Assembly: GCA_031459875.1 (NCBI GenBank)
Contig: JAVKHQ010000001.1
Span: forward strand, 247,718-311,717
Direction: 5' to 3'
Length of the DNA stretch: 64,000 bases
DNA from: Candidatus Fervidifonticultor sextus
GTDB lineage: Bacteria > Sysuimicrobiota > Sysuimicrobiia > Sysuimicrobiales > Humicultoraceae
Shown here: positions 56,379-64,000 of the stretch, piece by piece
How positions within the stretch are numbered: the first letter of the stretch is position 1
How the letters are laid out: every line of letters begins with the position of its first letter
Notes under the pieces: generated by a model
What the model saw: the letters and a program-made list of their open reading frames with translations, nothing else
What the model was told of the DNA's origin: nothing
The model's database searches: none
Translations under genes and position numbers: made by a program

Positions 56379-57473
56379 CTACCGCCACACCTCCTGGGCG
56401 GTTTCGACGACGAGCCGGAGTTTCGCCCACTGGTCATCCTCGGAAAGCAAGTTCCCCTCCATCGTCGACGCGAAGCCGCACTGGGGGCTCAGGGCCAGGC
56501 GGTCCAGCGGGACGTAGCGCGAGGCCTCCTCGATCCGCCGGATGAGGTCCCGCTTCGACTCCGGGTGCGGCCGCTTGCTGCTCACCAGGCCCAGGACCAC
56601 GATCTTGTCCTCGGGCACGAACCGGAGCGGCTCAAATGTCCCCGAGCGGTCGTCATCGTACTCCAGCAGGAACCGATCCACCTGGAGCGTGGAAAACAAC
56701 TTGTCGGCGATGGGATCGTAGCCGCCTTCGGCGTACCACTGGCTGCGGTTGTTGCCGCGGCAGAGGTGCATGGCGATCGTGACGCCGGGCCGGCGGGCGC
56801 CTTCCAAGCAGGTGTTGTCAGCACGGATCGCCTCGTCGAGCGCCGCGTCCGGTTCCATGCCCATCTCGTGCTTGATGTAGGTGCGCCACTTGGGATCAAC
56901 GTAGTAGGTGTACCGGGGCGCGTCGATCTGAATGTACTGGACGCCGTCGGCCAGCAGCGCCTGGACCTCGGCCCGGATGATGGGCACGATGTCCCACAAC
57001 AGCGCGGAGTGGTTGGGGTAGACCTTGTCGGTCACCCCCCGCTTGAACGCGATGGCGGGGAACTGGTTGGCCGTCGGCATGGTGATCTTGATGGCGCCCG
57101 GGCAGTGGGCCTTGAGGAAGGAGACCTCGTGCGCGGTCAGGCGCCGGAGCGGCCGGAGCCCGCTGACCACGATCCCGGTCACGCTGCTCGGCGCCACCGA
57201 GACGGCGCCCTTCCAGGTCCGGTCCACCGCGTCCCCGAGGTCGAAGCCCTCAACGGCGTCGATGAGGTCGCTCATGAAGTGGCGGCGGCGCAGTTCGCCG
57301 TCGGTGAAGATCTCGAACCCCAGCTCCTGCTGCCTGGCGAGCACCCGCAGGATGTGCCGGTCTTCGATCTCGCGCAGGCGCTCGGGGTCCGGTGAAGGGG
57401 CGCTGCGCGCCTCCAGCAGTTCCGGCGGGCGCAGAAGGCTGCCTACGTGATCGGCTCGGTATGGTCGGCTCAT
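56379..57473 (-). CDS. Cobalamin-independent methionine synthase II family protein (short MetE-like)
   Basis: RADHVGSLLRP, TDGELRR, YIQID.P, Zn ligands HLCRGN / LLEYD / SPQCGFAS, QWAKL; AAGGAGG RBS. Confidence 0.92.
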   Translation of the reverse strand: MSRPYRADHVGSLLRPPELLEARSAPSPDPERLREIEDRHILRVLARQQELGFEIFTDGELRRRHFMSDLIDAVEGFDLGDAVDRTWKGAVSVAPSSVTGIVVSGLRPLRRLTAHEVSFLKAHCPGAIKITMPTANQFPAIAFKRGVTDKVYPNHSALLWDIVPIIRAEVQALLADGVQYIQIDAPRYTYYVDPKWRTYIKHEMGMEPDAALDEAIRADNTCLEGARRPGVTIAMHLCRGNNRSQWYAEGGYDPIADKLFSTLQVDRFLLEYDDDRSGTFEPLRFVPEDKIVVLGLVSSKRPHPESKRDLIRRIEEASRYVPLDRLALSPQCGFASTMEGNLLSEDDQWAKLRLVVETAQEVWR

Positions 57474-57722
57474 CCTCGACCCTCCTTCGAGGTCCCTTCT
57501 GCCGCTCGGGACGAATTCGCTCCCCGCCCTGAGGAATCATGCCGGGCGGGCTAGAACCTAGCACCTGGCACCGTACCTCCCACTTCTCGTCCCCTCGACG
57601 GGAATCCTCACGCCGCCGGACTCGCCGGTCGCCCGGATCGGGATCGACCAGGACAGGACCCTGCCCCTGGCGTCGTTGTAACGCTGCGCCCGCATGCCGG
57701 TGAGTTGATCCTACGGCTTCTC

Positions 57723-58275
57723 CTACCTCCCCATGACGATCAGTTCGACCCTCAACGAGGTGCGGATCGGCATCTGCACGGCGGGGTTGCGGGCGATCTC
57801 CGCGCGCTCCCGCTCGATCTTGGCGCGAAGCGCCTGCGGCGTCTGCGGATCGAAGTCCCGCCCTTAGCGCGGACAGCGCCTGCTCGACCTTCTCCCTGCT
57901 CGGGTCGGCCGGGACGCGCACGCGCACCCGGAGCACGGGTGCCTTCAGGTCATACCGCCTCCCGATCTGCTCGCTCACCCACCGGACGATGTCCCGCCGG
58001 GTCTCCTCGGACGGCGATCCGCCAGCCTGCCCGGCAAAGCGCCGCGAGGCGATCACCGCGTGCTTCTCGTCGTGCTCCCCGTCCCAGATCTGGACCGTGA
58101 CGACGACCGGGCGCGGGAACTCACCTGCCACAGCACGACAGCGCCGACGGCGAACAGCGCGAGGGCCGCTCCAAGCCGGCGCCGGGGCACAGTCCGCAGG
58201 AGGGCCAGGGCACTGGTGAGCACTCCGAGCAGGGCAGCAAGGACGCCGAGGAACTTGAGAGTTGATCGTACTCAC
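57723..58275 (-). pseudogene. Probable frameshifted membrane-anchored protein
   Basis: Pieces in different frames: LKFLGVLAALLGVLTSALALL..LALFAVGAVVLWQ / PVVVTVQIWDGEHDEK..VLRVRVRVPADP / GRDFDPQ..RTSLRVELIVMGR*. Confidence 0.5.
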
Positions 58276-58365
58276 CTAAATCGCCGCGCCACGCGGGCTG
58301 TGCGTCCTAGCATGGCACGCCGCCGCATGACGGAGGTCAGAATGGCTGAGGCGGGAGGAGCGACA

Positions 58366-58394
58366 TTGCCCAGGTGGCGCCCGATCCGTAGAAT
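58366..58394 (+). promoter_or_regulatory. sigma70 promoter
   Basis: TTGCCC-17 bp-TAGAAT upstream of the ORF at 58433. Confidence 0.55.
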
Positions 58395-58432
58395 GTGGAG
58401 GGGACCAACACGCCCCAACGCGGGGGATGCCG

Positions 58433-59002
58433 ATGGTTCGCTTGGTCGCGGTTGCCGCTCTGCTGAGCGCCGGCCTGCTGGTGCTTCCGCTGCCCCAGAC
58501 GGCTCAGGTGAGGGGGACGGCCGCCGGCCAGCCTGATCTCTCGCGCATCCGCATCCTGGCGGTCGCGCCGTTCTACGACGAGGTCTACGCCCCCGATCTT
58601 GCCGCCCTGGGTGGCGTCCGCGTGAGCGAACTTGCCGCACGCGGACCTATCCGCATCGTCCCGCCTGGAGAAGTCGCCCGGGAGATGCAGCGCCTGGGGA
58701 TCTCCCCCGCAGCGCTGGTCAGCCCGACGTCCACGGTCGCGGTGGGACGGGCGGTCGGCGCAGATGCCGTCCTCACCGGACGCATCACCCTGGCGATCCG
58801 GGAGAGCGACCGGGATCGCGACGAACAGCCCCTGGGCGGCGGCATCTACAGCCGGGTGGACGCAAGCATCCGCGTGCTCGAGGTCCCCACAAGACTCACC
58901 CTGTTCCACGAGACCTTCATCTGCACGGCGCCGGCCAGCCTCGAGGTGGCCATGGACTGCCTGGCCCGCGACGTCGTCCGGCGACTGGGACTGGGGCGCT
59001 GA
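58433..59002 (+). CDS. Secreted CsgG/TolB-N/LpoB-like domain protein
   Basis: Signal peptide, RILAVAPF, VAVGRAVGADAVLTGRI, VDASIRVLEV.T; family call tentative. Confidence 0.7.
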   Translation: MVRLVAVAALLSAGLLVLPLPQTAQVRGTAAGQPDLSRIRILAVAPFYDEVYAPDLAALGGVRVSELAARGPIRIVPPGEVAREMQRLGISPAALVSPTSTVAVGRAVGADAVLTGRITLAIRESDRDRDEQPLGGGIYSRVDASIRVLEVPTRLTLFHETFICTAPASLEVAMDCLARDVVRRLGLGR

Positions 59003-59029
59003 CAGCGATCCGAGAGGGTTGGGAACCTG

Positions 59030-59104
59030 TGGTGGGCGCTGGAGGACTTGAACCTCCGACCTCCTCTGCGTCAGAGAGGCGCTCTTCCTCTGAGCTAAGC
59101 GCCC
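59030..59104 (-). tRNA. tRNA-Val(GAC)
   Basis: GGGCGCT acceptor/AGCGCCC, GCTC/GAGC D arm, CCTCT-CT GAC GC-AGAGG anticodon arm, GGAGG-TTCAAGT-CCTCC T arm, encoded CCA. Confidence 0.97.
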
Positions 59105-59114
59105 GTGCTCCCTC

Positions 59115-59144
59115 ATTATAGGAATCCCTCGCCTGCGGTGGCAA
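59115..59144 (-). promoter_or_regulatory. tRNA-Val promoter
   Basis: TTGCCA-18 bp-TATAAT. Confidence 0.75.
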
Positions 59145-59180
59145 GCGCGGCCTGCGCCCAAGCCGACGCAATGCAGACCC

Positions 59181-59209
59181 TTGACGGCGACCGCTCCCAG
59201 CGGTAGGCT
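59181..59209 (+). promoter_or_regulatory. Divergent sigma70 promoter
   Basis: TTGACG-17 bp-TAGGCT. Confidence 0.55.
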
Positions 59210-59308
59210 ATCGGGCAAAGAGCGGATAGGGCATGCGGTATTGGCAGAGGGACTGACCGCCGGGTCGGTCCTTTGTGTTGTGCGGGACGAAGGATCGAGG
59301 GGCATGCG

Positions 59309-59674
59309 GTGATCGACATCTCGCGCAGGCTGGAGGCATTCGCCAACACGCTGCTGGCGTCGCACCTGCAGCGTCACGAGTACCCGCAGCGGTGGTCGTG
59401 CCGGGTCGCGGTCGAAGGAGACGCGGTGGTGCTGACGCTGCGCCGCCTGCCAGACGAGGCCGTCGAGGGCCGCGAGGTGCGCCCGGACGCGCCATCGCCG
59501 ACCGAACCCTGGGCCCTCGACATCCTCACGGTCCTGCGTCCCGCGATCCTGCAGACCCTCCGGGACTGGACAGGGGTTCCTGCCACCGGGGTGTTCCGGG
59601 AGGATGGGAGGTTCGGCGGGGCCCCGGCCCTGGTCTGCCGACCACGTTACAAACGCGTGCGGGCTGCGGAATGA
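59309..59674 (+). CDS. Hypothetical protein
   Basis: GAGGGG RBS before GTG; VIDISRRLEAFANTLLASHLQRHEYPQRW...; no recognised motif. Confidence 0.6.
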   Translation: MIDISRRLEAFANTLLASHLQRHEYPQRWSCRVAVEGDAVVLTLRRLPDEAVEGREVRPDAPSPTEPWALDILTVLRPAILQTLRDWTGVPATGVFREDGRFGGAPALVCRPRYKRVRAAE

Positions 59675-59722
59675 CCGCGAGCCCATAGGCCGGCACCGTT
59701 CGGCCGCTCTTCGGCCCGTGGC

Positions 59723-60729
59723 CTACGCCGCCGGGCCCAGGCCCTCGATCGTGGACCGCAGGGACCTCTCGGCATCCGGCCCCACAGGAAACGGGTAGGC
59801 GACGACCAGGTCGGCCCCGGCCCGCCGGTACCGATCCAGTCCCTCGCGGCAGGCTTCGGCCGAGCCGACGACGCCCAGACTCTCGAGGACGTCCCCCGAG
59901 ACCGCTGCGGCGGCCGCGTCAACCCCGCCGGTCTGGAGCGCGGCGCTTATCGCCATGATCTCGCCGGACAGTCCTGCGGCCGCGAACATCTGGGCGTAGG
60001 CGGGCATCGCCGCATAGAATGCAAACAGGCGCCGCAGCGCCTGCCACGCTGCCTCGCGGGCTTCGGTCACGGCCACGCGGACGAAGGCCACGACGGTCAC
60101 GTCATCCGGATCGCGCCCGGCCACCTGCGCCGCCTCGCGCACAGCCTCCGCCGCCCACTGGACCTGTCCCGGCGTGGCCCAGTTGAGGACGACGCCGTCG
60201 GCGGCCTCACCGGCCAGGTGCAGCATTTTGGGGCCCAGCGCGGCCAGATAGATCGGCACCGTGTGGCGCGGCCTGGATTCCAGCTGGAACGTCTCGACCC
60301 GGAAGATCCGGCCGAGCACGCGGACGTGCCCGCCGGATAGCGCCTGCTTGAGGATGACGATGCACTCGCGCGCGGCGCGCAGCGGGTCTCGGTAGTCGAG
60401 CCCGTAGCCGCCCTCGATGATGGCGGCGTGCCCGGCGCCGATCCCCAGGATGAACCGCCCGCCGGAGAGGTCGGTCAGCGTGGCCGCCGCCATGGCCACC
60501 AGCGCGGGCGGCCGGGAATAGAACGGGAGGATGCCGGTGGCGAGGCGGATCCGCGCGGTCGCCCGGGCCATGGCCCCGATGAGGGCGATCGCCTCTCGCC
60601 CGCGGCCCTCCGGCACCCAGACGCTGTCGTAGCCGAGATCCTCGGCGAGCACCGCGAACTCGACCAGGGTGCGCGCCGGGAGCAGGTCACGCGGGCCGAC
60701 CGGGGGCGGGAGGTCGCGCAGGACGACCC

Positions 60730-60751
<22 letters not shown>
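59723..60751 (-). CDS. LLM-class (luciferase-like) flavin/F420-dependent oxidoreductase
   Basis: AEDLGYDSVWVPE, T.RIRLATGI, LSGGRFILGIGAG, PIYLAALGPKML.LAGE.ADG. Confidence 0.9.
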
Positions 60752-61584
<833 letters not shown>

Positions 61585-61591
61585 CTCAGTC

Positions 61592-62443
61592 CTATTTGCT
61601 CTGGGCCTTCTGCACAAACCACTTCTGGTAGAGGTTGTCCAGCGTACCGTCGGCCTTCATCTGGGCCAGGGCGGCGTCGAAGGCCTGCTTCAGGGTCGCA
61701 TCGCCCTGCCTGAGCGCGATCCCCAGGGCCTCGCTGGTGAACGGCTCGCCCACCTTCTTGAGTTTCCCCGGGTGGATGCCGATGAAGCCGTCCGCTGCGT
61801 AACTGTCGATGATGACGGCGTCCACATCCTTGTTGATCAGCGCCGTGACCGCCAGCGCAAAGGTCTCGTAGCGGCGGACCTCGCCGACCTTGCCCTCCTT
61901 CTGCAGGGCAGTGGCCTTCTCGTCGTTGGTGGTCCCGGTCTGCACGGCCACCTTCTTGCCGGTCAGGGCATCCACGCCGGTGATGGCGGATTCGTCGGAC
62001 CGCACCAGCACCACCTGCCCGTAGCGCAGGTAGGGCTCGCTGAACTCCACGGTCTTGCGGCGCTCATCGGTGATGGTGACCCCCGAGACCACGGCGTCGA
62101 ACTGCCCCTGGGCCAGCGCGACGAAGATCCCATCCCAGGCCGTGGTGACGAACGTCGCCTTGCAGTTGGCCCGCTTGCAGATCTCGGTCATCAGGTCGGG
62201 GTCGAACCCGATGATCTGCTTCGTCTGCTCGTCCACGACCTCGAACGGCGGATAGGTGGTGTCGCTACCGATCTTGATCTCGCGGCCGCCGAGGTCCGGC
62301 ACGGGGGCGGGCTGCGCGGCCGGCGGTGCCGCCGCGGGGGCGGCCGGAGGGGCCACCGCGCGCTGGGCGCTTCCCCTCCACAGGACCACGGCCACCACGA
62401 TCACGACGAGGGCGATCAGGTACCAGGCGGTGCGTCCCTTCAT
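61592..62443 (-). CDS. Polar amino acid ABC transporter substrate-binding protein
   Basis: GSDTTYPPFE, IGFD.DL, WDGIF.AL, TITDERRK.VEFSEPY, VAVQTGTT, DGTL..LY.KWF. Confidence 0.93.
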   Translation of the reverse strand: MKGRTAWYLIALVVIVVAVVLWRGSAQRAVAPPAAPAAAPPAAQPAPVPDLGGREIKIGSDTTYPPFEVVDEQTKQIIGFDPDLMTEICKRANCKATFVTTAWDGIFVALAQGQFDAVVSGVTITDERRKTVEFSEPYLRYGQVVLVRSDESAITGVDALTGKKVAVQTGTTNDEKATALQKEGKVGEVRRYETFALAVTALINKDVDAVIIDSYAADGFIGIHPGKLKKVGEPFTSEALGIALRQGDATLKQAFDAALAQMKADGTLDNLYQKWFVQKAQSK

Positions 62444-62455
62444 GGGTCTCCCTCC

Positions 62456-63448
62456 CTACGTCCGTCGCCGATCCCAGACCTCCGGGTTGACGAAGTTGGC
62501 CGGCCGGCGCCCGGCCAGTGCGTCCAGCAGGTTGTCCACCGCCATCAGCGCCATCTTCGTCCGCGTCTCGACGCTGGCGCTGGCGATATGCGGCGCCACG
62601 ATGACGTTGTCCAGCCCGAGCAGGGGGTGGTCCGGCGGGATCGGCTCGACCTCAAAGACGTCCAGCCCGGCCCCGGCGATCGTCCCCGCCCGCAGCGCTT
62701 CGGTCAGGGCCTCCTGGTCGACGATCGGCCCCCGGGCGGTGTTGATGAGGATCGCAGACGACTTCATCATCTTCAACTGCGCCGCCCCGATCAGGTGCCT
62801 GGTCTGGGGCAGCAGGGGCGTGTGGACGCTGACGAAGTCGGAGCGGCGCAGGAGGTCTTCCAACGGCGCAAACTCCAGCCCCAACTCACGCTCGAGGTCC
62901 TCGCGGCGCACGACGTCATAGTAGAGGATCTTCATCCCGAAGCCGTGCGCGCGCCGGGCCACCGCCGCGCCGATCCGGCCCAGGCCCACCAGGCCCAGCG
63001 TGGCGCCCCAGACGTCCTGGCCCAGGAACAGCATGGGTTCCCAGCTCTTCCACCGGCCCGCCCGGGTGAACCGGTCCGCCTCGACGAGCCGGCGGGCCGA
63101 CGCCAGCAGCAAGGCCATGGCGAAGTCGGCCACGGTCTCGGTCAGCACGCCGGGCGTGTTGGTCACGACCACGCCGCGCGCGGTGGCCGCGTCGACGTCG
63201 ATGTTGTCGTACCCGACGGCATAGTTGCTCACCACGCGCACCCGCGGTGCGGCGTCCAGCAGGGCGCCGTCGATGCGGTCGGTCAGCAGCGAGAGCAGGC
63301 CGTCGCACGGCGCCGCCTCGCGCAGCAGCACCTCCCGGGGGGGCGGGACCTCGTCGGTCTCCCACATGGTGAAGTCCACATGCTCGCGGAGCCTGGCAAG
63401 CGCCGGTTCAGGCAGGCGCCTGGTGACGTAGACGCGGGGACGCGGCAT
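62456..63448 (-). CDS. D-glycerate dehydrogenase/glyoxylate reductase (D-2-hydroxyacid dehydrogenase)
   Basis: YAVGYDNID, TNTPGVLTETVAD, GLVGLGRIG, INTARGPIVD, AGLDVFEVEP, PHIASAS. Confidence 0.94.
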   Translation of the reverse strand: MPRPRVYVTRRLPEPALARLREHVDFTMWETDEVPPPREVLLREAAPCDGLLSLLTDRIDGALLDAAPRVRVVSNYAVGYDNIDVDAATARGVVVTNTPGVLTETVADFAMALLLASARRLVEADRFTRAGRWKSWEPMLFLGQDVWGATLGLVGLGRIGAAVARRAHGFGMKILYYDVVRREDLERELGLEFAPLEDLLRRSDFVSVHTPLLPQTRHLIGAAQLKMMKSSAILINTARGPIVDQEALTEALRAGTIAGAGLDVFEVEPIPPDHPLLGLDNVIVAPHIASASVETRTKMALMAVDNLLDALAGRRPANFVNPEVWDRRRT

Positions 63449-63581
63449 CGTGACGATCACTCCTCGGTCGCGGGAAACACCCAATGGCTTCGCGGCACGC
63501 GGCCCGGCTCCTGCTCGCACGCCGGTGGGACGGCTACGGTCCGGATGAGGAAGCCGGGGGTGCGGCGGCGAAGCCTGCGGT

Positions 63582-64000
63582 ATGTCTCCGTTCAGGCCTG
63601 CGCGGATCGCCGCAACGCTGTGCGCGGCCGTCCTGACCGCCGTCCCCGCCGGGGGCGCGCCCACGGTGCCGGCCGACCTGCCGACCCCAGCGCCCGGATT
63701 GGACCGGGCCCTGGCCCAGGACTACCGGAAGGCGCTGGAAAAGCAGGGCATCCGCGTCACCGCCCTCGTCATTGTGGACGACCGGGCCAGGGGCGGCGTT
63801 CGCCGCGCGGACATCGTCTACACGACGCGAACGCGGGGAGTGCTGGAGGCCCTGCGGCCCGAGGTGGTGCGCGTCCTGGGGCCCGGCGCCAACCCCCGGC
63901 TGGCCCTGGATCAGATCGTGGTGCGGCCCAGCCGCGCCGACGGCGCGGTGATCGCCGCCATCACCGTCACGGTGGTGGACCTGGACCTGTGGCTGAAGGC
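63582..64000 (+). CDS. Secreted hypothetical protein (runs off window end)
   Basis: MSPFRPARIAATLCAAVLTAVPAGG signal-like N-terminus; open frame to the window end. Confidence 0.55.
   Translation, partial: MSPFRPARIAATLCAAVLTAVPAGGAPTVPADLPTPAPGLDRALAQDYRKALEKQGIRVTALVIVDDRARGGVRRADIVYTTRTRGVLEALRPEVVRVLGPGANPRLALDQIVVRPSRADGAVIAAITVTVVDLDLWLK

Noticed and set aside
57480..57720. SAM or cobalamin riboswitch upstream of the MetE-like gene
   Set aside because: Only a GGTGC fragment is present; the SAM-I core and B12 box could not be found.
59030..59104. tRNA-Val as a prophage/ICE attachment site
   Set aside because: No integrase and no duplicated tRNA 3' end seen in the window.

Overview
High-GC bacterial chromosome window, almost all on the minus strand. 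The backbone is a Bacillota-like conserved housekeeping block: thrS(T-box)-comEC-holA-rpsT-murJ-hrcA(CIRCE)-dnaJ-prmA-rsmE-argCJBDGHR-phoH-7TM/HD-ybeY-dgkA-[TAXI TRAP]-CNNM-DUF502-cdd-[MgtE-N/Nramp]-recO-[island]-glyQS(T-box)-ppdK. A high-GC Terrabacteria lineage such as Armatimonadota/CSP1-3 is plausible but is inference only. The most interesting part is a ~10 kb insertion (about 4.9-14.75 kb) between recO and the glyQS T-box. It encodes a 65-aa protein, a STAND-ATPase/TPR/LuxR regulator with altered Walker motifs, a two-blade NHL lipoprotein, a secreted M6-type metalloprotease fused to a 7-repeat lectin-like beta-propeller, two secreted paralogous 7-repeat propellers with divergent middle blades, and a membrane-anchored protein. 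An identical 22-bp palindromic box lies upstream of both the regulator unit and the effector operon, each time exactly 19 bp from a (T/C)ATGCT -10-like hexamer, suggesting a self-activating regulon. The right end holds DUF917/AroM genes, a secreted NHL protein, an MFS transporter, a decayed liv-type ABC operon, a MetE-like gene, tRNA-Val(GAC), an LLM oxidoreductase, a polar amino-acid ABC pair and a 2-hydroxyacid dehydrogenase. All calls come from reading motifs by eye; no database searches were run.
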